Shown: positions 23,701 through 35,914 of the stretch, in pieces
How positions within the stretch are numbered: position 1 is the first letter of the stretch
How the letters are laid out: the number at the start of each line of letters is the position of its first letter
NCBI GenBank assembly: GCA_000934665.2
Contig: JYFJ02000417.1
Coordinates: forward strand, 1-64,000
Direction of reading: 5' to 3'
Length of the DNA stretch: 64,000 nt
Source of the DNA: Catajapyx aquilonaris
Lineage: Eukaryota
Notes under the pieces: model-generated
What the model was told of the DNA's origin: nothing
Databases searched by the model: none
The model's input: the letters and a program-made list of their open reading frames with translations, nothing else
Position numbers and translations under genes: made by a program

Positions 23701-26136
23701 ATTTATAGGCCTACCTACAGATTTTGATTTATTATCATTCTGTTTAGCAGTGTCCGATATGTCCTTAACTTGGTGACTGCTCTTCCCTCAAATTGAGTGA
23801 GCTTGCTTACATACATATATTGCATCACGGGAAGGAAACACAAGGCCACCTCGATTTTTGTTTCGCAATAATTACCTGACACACTTGAGTTACATGATCG
23901 TCACAAAATGAGCCACGGACTGTGGCATCATTGTCTGCCTTGAAGAGTGCTCCAATGCATTCTTGGCATTTTATTACTCTACACACTCTTCTGACCGCAA
24001 ATCCAGTTATGTAAGGCACAACCTTTTGGGCATACGGTGTCAATACTGAAATGCCAGACATGAGATCATGATCCTGCAGAATCTTAGCCAGTTCTAACAA
24101 ATCCTTCTCAACAGTTTCTCTACTGCTGGTAAGACTGCTTGGTACATGTAAAATGTTAACGTCATCAAATTGCAAGCAGTTTCCTGCACGTGAGATTTGA
24201 ACCTCATTTTCTTCTACGAGCAAGCGTTTATAAGAAGATTGGAATTGTCAAACAGTTGGATTGTTATTCCACGCTCCTCTTGCCCTTATACATCCGGAAA
24301 AAAAAATCTCCAGATGGTCCTGTGACAACTTGTAGGTCAGCAAATAGTTAAGAGAGGTACTATCAGGCAATACAAAATCCCTGTAGATCTGTCTAATACT
24401 ATGCATGTCAACGATTAAGCCCAAAAATCCTGTCTTTTTGCTACTTGAGCGGACAGACTGTCCCGCACCGGTAGCTTCAGGCAAGCTGTCATCATCGGCT
24501 ACACCAGTTCCATAATCAACATAGCCCGCAACTTTTTTCCCGTCAAATTCTACTCGCTGCTTCATCTACTATTAGTGAGACAAATAATTCCTTTTGATCC
24601 CTTGAACAATTTTGCACAAACCTGTGGACTTCTTCAAATGCCTCTTTGGTGAACCCAGGTGCCCCCGTCAATTGACGAATACCATTTGCTCATCGTTCGG
24701 GGGCAAGGCAAGCAAAGGTTGGATTTTTTTCGTACGTCATTGTATGCAGCAGGGGAGTGGAAGTTGAAAGCGAATACTCAAAGCTGGAGGATACTTTTTA
24801 GGCAACGTCCCTGACACACTCTTCCGCTGCAACCACTTGAAGAGCTCACATGTTTCATCAGGCAGAGACTTGAACAACGTGTCATTTGCACTGTCCGACA
24901 ACAGGTTAACATCTTTTAAGTGTTTCACCACATCCTGCAGGTTTGTAACCCCTACTCTCCAACTGTCGCACCTTCTGATGCAAATATTTTATTTTCTTTC
25001 TGTACTTAGTCAGCAGGCCTTCCGTTGTGGTCGGTTTTCTCTTCAGAGATGCCTTCCCTGGTGAATCCTGCTGAGGTACAATGGGGGTGGTTGATGCTGT
25101 TCTTCAATGCTTGACGCTTCCTCAGCAGGGATGATGATGTTGTCCGACACTGCAGTTATGTCCTCTGCGTCTTGGTTCAATCTGTCACAAATTGGTTGGA
25201 TGGTGGAAATAGCAGCAACACCTTGCAGTACTGGTTGGCGCTCTCAGGGAGGGTTGCGTTTCAATTTCATGGTCTACGTGCATGCAAGGTAAAAGTGAAT
25301 GAGGTCCATGTTACATGACTGTAACCGACCCACCACCTTGCCAATCCCAACGTGGCGGACCGGCCACGGGTCCCGCAATGAGGATGGCTTTACCCATTTC
25401 CCCACAAGGCTCCTCCAGAACCTAAAACCTCCTTGCTTCTGACGTGTAGTTGGATCATCCATTGCTGACGAGCATGATGATGCTAATGTGTGGTTGAACA
25501 TTCCAGCCTGAGAAACACGATGGGGAAGCTGATGCGGAGAAGACGACGGACGTGGTGGTGAAGACTGAAGTGAATGACGGAAAGAAAGGCACTGCGGCCA
25601 ACAGAAGGGGATCTCGTGGCGTCTCACAAGACAGGACGACCCAAGCGTTGGACGACGCCGGGTTTTGGGAAACGATCAACCCAACTCTTGAGAGCATAAT
25701 GTTGGAATCAATGAACACAGAAGACGAAAGCAACGAGGGCGAATTGGATAGCACCAATCTGGAACCGGAGGATCCTCTCCCGGACGATCCACTCCCGAAG
25801 GATCCGCTCCAGCCCTCGCCACAACAGTCGGATAAGGTGGATAAGCCGGCCACTGAGAGCGATAATGAGGAAGACGCCACGTATGATCCAAGTGCTCCGT
25901 CGGAACCATCGCCTCCGCCTGTCCCGCCACCAGCTCCGACCAATGACGAAATGGAAGCTTGTGCCGAGAAGGAAGAGCAGGTGCAGTCACCTCGTTCCGA
26001 GTCTCCCTCTGCTCTGATCGCGGATGCAAAGCCGCCAGTACGAGGACGCGGAAAGGCAGTCCGTAGCCGAGGTTCCCCCGGAGTGCGGGGATCTCCAAAC
26101 AGGGCATTCCGGGGACGTAGGAAGAAAGCTGCTTAA
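17798..26136 (+). CDS. Pep: Pep-like (protein on ecdysone puffs) matrin/U1-type zinc-finger protein. Exons ~17798-18301, 18866-19170, 20471-20624, 20692-21051, 21107-21335, 21400-21530, 21606-21701, ~22189-22293, 25507-26136
   Basis: Gly/Gln/RGG-rich N-terminus; HCHVCEKNMWDGVSFENHLKGQGH, CRMCNL..EHRKCSYHQELKRFLHPHCKLCDKEF..HLLSGQH resemble Drosophila Pep fingers; acidic and RG-rich tail; consistent splice phases. Confidence 0.85.
23760..25050 (-). mobile_element. Degenerate, internally deleted P-element/THAP9-like transposase in a Pep intron
   Basis: Fragments LPKKYPPAL, MKQRVEFDGKKVAGYVDYG, KTGFLG, YLLTYKLSQDHLEIFFS..IRARGAWNNNPT, YITGFAVRRV...CQEC; frameshifts and stops; termini not found. 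Confidence 0.9.
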
Positions 26137-26483
26137 ACTTTTTCCTTACTTTTTAAGCCCAACTCATCTCGCTTTTAATCCAGTTGCGTCTACATGCGGA
26201 AATGGATTAGTAGCGACATGAGCTGTGCCGTTGCATTATCAGAACACTTGAGGTCATATTAAAAAACAATGTCAAATGACAAAAATTGTGTGCTACATAC
26301 CTCAGCAAAATGTTTCATTGCAGAATTATGTAACCTTAAGTGTACTGACTCCTCTCTTCTTGCTGTGGATCAAACCTATCAGTGTACGGAGGATGTGCTT
26401 TTTCTTTGTATTAATTAAATAAGCTTTGCTGCTGTAACTGGGTGATTTATTTGGTGCAAAACGGTGCGAGAGGTAGTATCATT

Positions 26484-27991
26484 TCAGCAGTGGGAGTGCG
26501 AGTTGGATGTGCCGCGTAGGAAGCTGCTGCTGTGCCGGTTGCGGATCTGCCGCTGGAGAATCTTGGCCCTCCAGTGCCTGGCCAGCAGTTCCAGTTCCGA
26601 GAGGTAGGCCAGGGTCTCGCTCTGGTCCACCGCTTCCTGGAGGAAAGGCGATAACGATGCGAGGGAAGCGGATGCCACCCTGGTGCCCTCCGGATGGTGC
26701 GGCCCATGTCCAAGAAGCCGCTCCAGGAGCATGTTTGGAACCGGCGATGATGGTGACGCTAACGATGACGACTCCGGAGCTGACAGTACTTCATCATCCG
26801 TCTTGTCGGCTGGGTCGTCCTCCGTCACTGGCGTCACCGATCGAGTGTCGCAGCTCATCTCGGACGAACCAGGGGACCACTCGGTGCTGCGCCTGTTTAT
26901 TGAACATGTAGGTATGCCACTAAGCAAGCCCATTGTACTTACCTCAGTACGGAGTCGCAGAATGAGACGGATCTGGCGATAGGCTGTGCGCACACCTGCG
27001 AGTGTACCTGTTGTGTGCGTCTCAGGCTCAGCGACCGTGGGTTTGGACGTGCCCTACGTCGCTTCATGGGCGGACTGTGCGACTTGGGTCTGAACTTTGA
27101 CCCGACGGATATGACGGTGACTGCCCCGCGTGGACCATGCCGGTATGACACGCAGCAGGCGTCTGGCGAACCGTAGCCGGATGATGACGATGGGGCTTCG
27201 GGATTATCGCCGGTGGATGACGGACATGGTGATGACACTCGGGATGAAGGCGGGGGCATCAGAAGCTGGCCGGCTGCAGGTCCGAAAGTGGTCATGGGCC
27301 TTGCGAATCTGGTGTCCTGAGCAGTTGGCGGTGTCTTCACTGGTAGCATTTGCGCTGGAAGTGGCGGTGGTGGCGGTACAATAGTGGTGAACACCTCTTT
27401 TGTATGCGGCTTTGTCGGTGGCTTTTGCGGTGAGTATGCAGCCGGTCGCTGTTGTAGCAAGCAGAACGCCAGGTGTGCTGCCAGGAAGGCAGCCACCGAA
27501 GCCACGACGCTAGCGGCGTCGGAAGCGGCACGGGCCAACCGCAGCTGCTCCTCCATCTGCATCTCCAGGTCGGCCGATGGCAGCCGACGTCGGTGCCGCA
27601 TCAAGCGCCACTCGCCCAATTCGACCACGACCACATTGACCAAGCTGAGCGCCAACGATGCGGACGCCAGTGTCAGCTGCACCTGCAAGCGGCTGCTCCC
27701 GCCACCGAAGCTGGACAACGACGCACCCAGCGCCTGCCGCCAACCCAAAGCCACCATCACACCTCCGGACACCAAGTTCTGCAATGGACAAGTACCGTTA
27801 ACATCCCAACTGAAGCCACATAACACGTAACGTACCCACGCTCCGGTCCATATGTTGGACCCCAGCTGCAGCACTGGTACCGGCAGGAAGAAGTAGAGCC
27901 CCACAGCCAGCTGGACGCCCCCGGCGCCCGCGACGAGCAGCGCCGTCAGCAGAAGGACGCGCCTAGGCACCGACCCCGACGACAAGCACAT
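26484..27991 (-). CDS. Uncharacterised membrane protein: N-terminal ~4 hydrophobic helices (CD20/MS4A-like topology) and a long Pro/Ser-rich tail. Exons 27991-27836, 27778-26943, 26892-26484
   Basis: Long ORFs joined in frame by two short GT-AG introns; hydrophobic segments and an LGSNIWTGAW|NLVSG motif; family assignment is tentative. Confidence 0.65.
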
Positions 27992-28153
27992 GACGCCGCC
28001 AACAACCAGCCTCTCCGACGCCTCACTCCGATCTGAAATGAACGAGCCCCCCCCGTCAGGCAGATAAAGACCCAACCCGAGTTGACCTCGACCCAATTTG
28101 ACCCCCATTCGGAAAAGGTCCCGCATTTTAATCCGTTTAAAAAGGCCGGGCGG

Positions 28154-28255
28154 ATGACGTCACCAGTGAGGGCTGTGCTAGTGACGTCACCACAAGTGGT
28201 GACGTCACTAGCGCAGCCCTCACTGGTGACGTCATTTTCATAAGCTGGTGACGTA
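28154..28255. promoter_or_regulatory. Palindromic cluster of CRE/ATF sites in a bidirectional promoter
   Basis: Four TGACGTCA plus one TGACGTAA; CCAAT/ATTGG boxes at ~28332-28390. Confidence 0.65.
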
Positions 28256-28566
28256 ACCGGCGCGGATCGATACCGCGTCGGTTTTCAGCCCTGTTGCTGA
28301 TCCGCGCCATCTTGCTACTCCCTATCTCCTGATTGGTCCGTCTCGCCTCAAAACGCTGCTGGTCCAATAGCGAACGAGGGATTCCCAATATGGCCGACTT
28401 CTAATGCTAATGATACCGGTAGTTGCAATGAGCAATAGTATCGTTCCCGTGTCGTTCGGCCATTTTGGGCGTGGACACCAAAAAAGTGTTGGGCAGTTCG
28501 TGTTGTGTTCCTTTCGGATCAAAAGGGAAGACTCTGGAGGGAGTGTAGCAGCATCGTCGTGTAGCC

Positions 28567-31500
28567 ATGGTCTGGGGCTTCGTCACCTGCGGGCCGAACG
28601 AGGCCCTGGTCGTCTCAGGTAAAAATATTCGTCGCACACAAAAACGTTCGAACAAAAATGAATGAATAGAACGAATGTCATACAAAAGTACAGTATGTAA
28701 TTAGCATCAATGTTCTATTTTTTGAGGGTACTTTACAACGACTATCTTAACGTGTAAATAATTAACTCCCACTGGAGATGCCTAACGAGAGCGCTGTAAG
28801 GTAAACATGCCGACCACACCCAGCCGCAGCCGCACTAATTTTAGCTGCGGACTACGTTCAACTGAAATCAAGCTGCGGAAATAACAATATGCGTTCAGAC
28901 AGTATTGTTAAAATGGATTAAGATTCATTAATAATGCGGGGATGGACGCAGCATCAAATGTCGTGAAATGGTTACGACGGAACGACATTTGATGAATCCA
29001 CCCCCTAGTTTTGTTAATTAGCTCTTAACTACTGTCATAATCAGAGCAATGCAACTAGTATCATATTTAATCTCTCGAGGGGGACACGGTGGCCGAGTGG
29101 TTAGCGCCGCAGCCTTCCACCTCTAAGGTCCCGAGTTCGATCCCCGGGTCGGACGGAGGAGACTTATGTGGATAGAGTTTCGATGGGTTCTCTCCGTGTT
29201 CGCGTGGGTTTTCTCGGGGTTCTCCCGTTTCCTCCCGCAATCAAAATCCATCACATTACAGGCAAATAATTAAAGTCGGTTATTCAAAAGATGATCCCCT
29301 AAGAGGCCCAAGGGGCCTATCACGGGGTATCCATTATTACTGTCATAATCAGAGCAATGCAACTAGTATCATATTTAATCTCCAGTTAATTTAATTAAAC
29401 TTTGAATATCCCGTGATTAAGCATTAATGCGTTAAGTTTGAATACGACGCACACAGGGAGCATAAAATATTGTCAAATGTGATCATGCGTGCTTCTCAAA
29501 CAATGGCGGGAAAGTACTGCAATAAATAGTGCATGAATTTGCATCAATAATGTACTGGCATCGTTATTAGTAGAAGCACCTGTCACTTTAACGGCTGGAG
29601 TGTGCGAAACGTGGCGGATAAAAATAAAGGCACGGACGACCTTGCATGCCATGTTTAATGTTTAAAATAGCTACGTAGGAACTGACATGATATGAATTAT
29701 GTACGACTTGTTACTGGGCTGCTGGGATTAAACGCAATTGCAATTATTTGTGTGTAACAAACACCGATTGCTTACAGGATGCTGCTACACCAAGCCATTG
29801 TTGGTTCCTGGAGGAAGAGCATTCGTTTGGCCTGCGATACAGCGGGTACAAAGGTCAGATTTGGCTTAATTGTACCGTGCACTTGCCATATTTAAAGAAA
29901 AAATGTCATTTAATTTTTAAAAAATTCTGCAGGATTTCTCTGAACACCATGACCCTACAGGTGGACAGCCCGACGGTTTACACAAGTCAGGGCGTCCCCA
30001 TTTCGGTGACTGGAATCGCACAGGTCAGCAACCCTGCCTCGTTTTAAATTCCCGCATGTACTTTTAGACGCTTGATTTTGCGTGTAGGTCAAGATCCAGG
30101 GACAGAACGAGGAGATGCTTCTGGCCGCCTGCGAGCAGTTCCTGGGCAAGCATGAGCACGAGATACAAAACGTGGCTCTCGAGACATTGGAAGGTCACCA
30201 GCGGGCCATCATGGGATCCATGACAGTCGAGGTCAGTTTTGACTTCCAATCTAAAATTTGCATCATCATGTCTTTCTGGCCAGAGGGGAAAATCAATCGC
30301 GGCCAGCATTTTGCCTTGGCAGCTCTCAAAATCAATAAACAGGTTTCCACATTGATCATCAGGAGCGTAAACCGTGTCTCCGGGCAATGTAATCATGACA
30401 CCAAACATGCGACGGTAATGAAATATTGAGTAGCACTCGAGAGGATGAAGCACCAACCAGATAACTTATCACGCTTCCTGTTTGTATAACCGGGGAGGTG
30501 CTCGAGTCGCTTGATATGTCGATGCGTGTCATACAATGGGACAGGAAGTGGTCCAATTTCATGCTAATATTTCCTCCGTCGCGGCGGCGGCGTAACTCAA
30601 TTTGAGCACTTCCTTATTGAAAAAAAACCTAATTTTATTTCCATCCTGAAAATACTGCGAGAGGAAACAATGTTGCTGGGGCAGATGGAAATCTCTCGGG
30701 TAGCACCAAATTGGGGGGGGGGGGTGTAATTAAAGTGCCCTCATCTGCCCCCGTGAGGTTTGGCCTGGTTTCTCGGTGTGTGTTGTTGTTTTGTGTGATG
30801 CCTGTGGGAATTGGGAAGAGGAAGTGGGTGGAATAGGTGGGGGGAGAAAGCCGGGAACTTCCTGTTGGCCTAATTGCGGGTAATATGACGGCACCCAAGG
30901 CCACCAACCCGGTCATAACTAATTACACACTGACAGGCGATCATCTCGAATATTCCGGCATGCGACGGCTAATTTAAACATTAACCCGTTGCACATAAAG
31001 TTATGCTGCGAATCCGCACCAACTTACGTTCCATGATCCGCCTAGAATCCGTTTGCCACCATTGCGTCCTTCACCTTGCCCAGCTCCTTCTTCCTCGACT
31101 TCTCGTGCACGACTGCTGCGGATTAGACCCCAAAGGGCACCCAGAAACTGACAGAATGAGTGGAAACCGGACCATTTTGCTTCCCAGGCTTTCCCTCGTT
31201 CCTCCCACCCTTTTCCTTCACCCTTCTTGCCCCTTGAACTTGCGGCTAGGTTAAGGTGACTTTGGGACATACAAAAATCGATTGTCAACAATTGTGAAAG
31301 CTGCAATTGTTATGAAGCAATCATAAATCGGGAACGAGACAATGTGAAGATCTTCGTATAATAATTTTTTTTAAATGCAAGTTCCGCTTTTGTACATATT
31401 AATTCCCGCTGCTATTCCAGGAGATCTACAAGGACCGCAAGAAGTTCAGCAAGCAGGTGTTCGAAGTGGCTTCGTCCGATCTGGTCAACATGGGAATTAC

Positions 31501-34500
31501 GGTAGTATCCTACACGCTAAAGGACATCCGGGACGAGGAGGTCAGTCGTCTTCGTCATATCCCTTTCGTAGCGAGCTTTAGACCGCTTCTGCTAGATGTT
31601 AATACTCTAGAACTACCCCCTCCCTCTTCTAGAGCACAGTTTAATAATCTCCCCCATGTTTTTTCCTCCCATGTGCATGCTGCCATGGTCACATAAAAGG
31701 GCTCTCGGGTATGTTCGCTTCTTCACTTACTCCCGCAAAGGTGACAATTGCTCACAGTCAACTTGAATCTCGGATCCAACTCAAGTCGAGTACAAAAACA
31801 GCATGTTCGACCATTAGCGAAATAGCATGACTTCAAAATATAATAATTAGCAAGTATCGTAATCACAGCATGTAGTTGGATCTAGATTTTTAATTGATGG
31901 AAGAGCCAGGTTTTATTTTTAAAATTTTTTTTCGAAAAAAAAAAAGGAGTGCGATTACTGAAAACGTATTCTCTCTTTCACATCTGCCCGTCGTTGTTCC
32001 ACAAAGTCCTGGCATTCGTAAGATGCGTTACTTTCTCATGTAGTGAATTCGAGATTGTAGGCTCCCGCATGAAGTCTCGTAGGATTGCAATTAGCTTTTA
32101 AAAAAAATAATTAGTAAAGAAACAAAATTTTCATTTTGGGGATTCCAGGGCAGTGGTTCTCACTTTGTGTGGTCTTGTGTTTATTTTTCTTTTCTCATCG
32201 CTTGGATGCAGCTATTGCGAGCATTCCCTCCCACCCACAGTGCATCGCTCAGTACTGCGCTTTTTTCTATGTAACGTCTGCTTGCATCGTAAGCACCTTG
32301 TTATCTCAACATTACGCACTTATTCGAAAACGTGCATGTGGCTCCCGCTCTGTGCACTTTTGATATGTTCAAATGTGTCACTTCGGATTGGATCTAGTCC
32401 GATACGCAATTCAAACTACTAACACTATTTAAATATCCGGCTGGTTAACTTGACTGCAATTAAAGTGAATATTTGAACCTAGATTTAATTTTGTCAGAAG
32501 CACTCTTAGCCAATTATTTGGGGGGGACGGAACACCAGCTTTGACCGTTTTTTTGGGCACAATTGGTTAATATATCGGCTGCTTTTATAATTCCATGTCT
32601 TCCGGTGGCCTGGTTTACAGAAGGCGAAGGTTTGTTCCTTTGCATTTATACTAATAAATGTGTGTGGCTTCTTTTTTTTTCCGTTTAAGTGTTACATTTT
32701 ATAGCACATTTTGCACTGTTGCATAAAAATGTTTTGCTACGGGAACTTGGTTGCCGACTATTTCACAGTTACGTTAATTAATGGGCAACGTTCTCTCGTA
32801 ATGTTCGACATAAACGTTACAAGCTCTCGTTACAACCAGAGCGATTCATAATGCGCCGCATCCAAGTGGCTCATTTTGAGAACCAGTGCTCTCGAGTCTT
32901 AACTCTGTGAGCAACAACATACACGTACAGTAAAAGCACTCCTGATAATTATTTAGAGAAAGTGTTTCAGGAATAATTGTTAAAGACATTTACAGTAATT
33001 AGCACAACGTTTTGATATCTTTTTTTTTTTTGCACTTTTTATGCCTTCTGTACCTTTTACAACCGTTACGACCTTCCCCATCCAATTTTTTAATTATTAT
33101 TTCATTAAACGAGTCGATTAGCGATGTTCGGGAAAAATTCGTGCCACGAGTGGCCCTGCCTGCTGTCCACATCTAGCGAAAAACTCGAGTCGCCTGAAAT
33201 TTTAGGTACCAGTGGAATCTGCTTTTAATGCGTTTTTGTGAGCTGTTGTGACTCTCGATTTTCTTTCTATAGTAATTAATGAAGGTGGAAAAAAATAATT
33301 ATTTTGAAATGCTACATAATTTGCTCTCACACCAAAGGATGCTGCACCTCGATCAAGTGGGCAACGAGCAGGCACCGGCCCAAGGCGATGCATAGTACCG
33401 TATCCAGTTTCATTTTTTTTATTCTTCCTAACCACTAACCTACTTATTTTAATTCTTATGATTTCAACGTAGTTTTTGCATTACGTTCTTTACCATCACT
33501 GACATTATTTTTTTGATTTAAATTAGCACCGTCTTTTTTTGTTGGTTCGTGAGACGTCAAGTTTTGTGCAGTAGTAGATGAGCTGGTGTGTTTTCAGGGG
33601 TACCTGAAAGCGCTCGGGATGGCTCGAACCGCCGAGGTGAAGCGAGACGCCAGAATCGGAGAGGCGGAAGCTCGGAGGGACGCCACGATCAAGGAAGCAA
33701 TTGCGGAGGAGGAGCGAATGGCCTCGAGATTCCTGAACGACATTGAGATCGCAAAGGCTCAGAGAGACTTTGAACTCAAGAAGGCCGCATACGACGTCGA
33801 AGTCCAGACAAAGGTAACTACGCGATTAGTGCGGCGTAGATGTACGCTAATATGGGAATTTCCAGAAAGCGGATGCGGAGTTGGCCTACGAGCTTCAGGC
33901 AGCCAAGACGAGGCAGCGTATAAAAGAGGAGCAGATGCAGATCAAGGTGGTCGAGAGGGCCCAGGAGATTGCGGTTCAGGAGCAGGAGATCCAGCGGAAG
34001 CAGAATGAGCTGGACTCAACGGTGCGCAGGCCTGCCGAAGCCGAGAAGTACCGGTAAGTGCCTAGTAGGCTGTGCGCCGGCTGCGGATTACCATGGACGT
34101 CATTGCAGGCTGGAAAAGCTGGCCGAGGCGAACCGCAACCGGCTGATCCTCGAAGCGGAGGCTGAGGCCGAGGCGATTCAGGTGAAGGGCGAGGCCGAAG
34201 CGTACGCCATTGAGGTGCGTGCTAGAGCCGAGGCTGAGCAGATGGCGAAGAAGGCGGACGCCTGGAAGGAATACAAGGACGCCGCGATGGTCGACATGCT
34301 GCTGGACACACTGCCAAAGGTACGTATCCGCTCCGGTTCCGGCTGTGTACTAATCGCATTGTTTGGCAGATTGCGGCGGAGATAGCCGCCCCGCTCTCTC
34401 AGGCGAAGAAGATCACGATGGTGTCCACCGGAAAGGGGGAGGTGGGCGCCGCGAAGTTGACGGGCGAAGTGTTGGACATTATCACTCGGGTTCCGGAAGT

Positions 34501-35914
34501 GGTGAAGGCCATAACGGGAGTGGATATTGCCAGGGTGAGTATGTACGGCGGCGGAGGTGGGGGCGGGGGCGGCGGAGGGGAGGGAGGTGGCGGGGGAGGC
34601 GGTGGGATGGGCGCAGGGGGCGGGGGGAGGACAGGCGGAGGCCCCTTTGGCGGGGTGGCCATCTCTCCGCAGACCTCGCATCTGCCCCAACCCACCAGGG
34701 CCTGGTCCTCTCACGGGGATAGCAAGTAACTTTCTTCCACCGCTTTTAATTGGACTGCCATTTTTTTTTCTCTCGTTATAGAAAGGAAGCAACGATCATA
34801 CCACATACCGACGATTGTGAGCGTTTCTAGCTCAGTTTATAATTTAACCGCAGTTTATTGGATTAAATTAATTTTTTTTTTGGTTACATGTTGTTTCCTT
34901 ACTATTTGGGCGTCCAATTAGGCTTTACTGTCACGGGGGGGGTGATGTCTTTTTGCACGCACACTTGTCACTTCGTTGTTTGAGTCTCCATGTTTGGGCT
35001 TCATTGAACGAAGCTTCTGCCATCCAGAACTGCATTTAACCTTTTTATCACTTGTTAACGATCTTGTTAATTTAAAAGAAAGCTCCACCTTCCTGCTCAC
35101 AAGTTGTGCGCGACGATGAAAAAAATTGTTTCTGGATTTTTTGAAGTACAAAAAAAAAAATTGTAATTGCGATGCAGCAGGTGGAGTTTGTATGAATGTG
35201 TGAGTAGCTCGAGCTGTGATTGTACCAGTTTTAATTTTGTGAAAGGAATGTACGTAGGATTCGTACGGTTGGGACTCTTGCTTGGCTATGTAGTATTTGT
35301 TGCGTAGGCTCACTTTTTTCACTTTGTTGTTCTCTCTCGTCAATTGGCTGTCGTACTGAGCAGTTACGTAAAACGCAAACATGGAGATGAAAAGAGTGAC
35401 GCCCAAGCAACAACTATTTGACCCTTTCTTTTTCCTCCCATCCGCTGCGATGGGTTTCCAATTGAAAAATAAACATTTGCAAACAATGTTTGGCCCTCAC
35501 TCATTCGCACTTGTTGCATGGATAGCTTCCTTGCCTCCCTGTCCATTCTCTACATGTTCCGTCTACTTGGCCGCCGTGCGGCCCAAATTGGGACACTTTT
35601 GTAGTTTTTTTGGAAAAAGATTGATGTGTAGAGTGTGGTGTGGAGAAACAAAATCCTGGGCTTTTTAAATCACGCTTCTTTTCCGTGTGGGGTCACTTTC
35701 CTTGGACACATTAGGGCGGAAGACCACCCAAGCTGGACACTAGCATTGCTCCCCTGAAGCAACCGCAATCGGCGCATGTGCATGCGCAGACTCACTCTCA
35801 TGCTTTGGGAAGGTTTCACTGTGCTCCATAAGCCGGGTTTGGGGGAAGGTTGAAAAGGCAATTCTGCGAGAGAGAGCAAAATTGTCCCCTTTGCAGACGA
35901 TCCACACGGCTTGA
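28567..35914 (+). CDS. FLOT1: Flotillin-1. Exons ~28567-28618, 29778-29852, 29933-30022, 30088-30231, 31421-31540, 33598-33812, 33866-34052, 34109-34319, 34370-34534, 35897-35914
   Basis: [111 protein letters not shown] repeats; last exon inferred. Confidence 0.96.
29075..29337 (+). mobile_element. tRNA-derived SINE with a V-domain-like core
   Basis: A box TGGCCGAGTGG, B box GTTCGATCC, core gttctctccgtgttcgcgtgggttttctcggggttctcccgtttcctccc; flanked by a 45-bp direct repeat. Confidence 0.88.

Noticed and set aside
23370..25290. CATGCA...TGCATG as termini of the P/THAP9 remnant
   Set aside because: Only 6 bp match and no target-site duplication
29078..29152. tRNA gene
   Set aside because: A and B boxes are present, but the sequence continues into a SINE body repeated at 44.1 kb and I saw no clean cloverleaf or terminator
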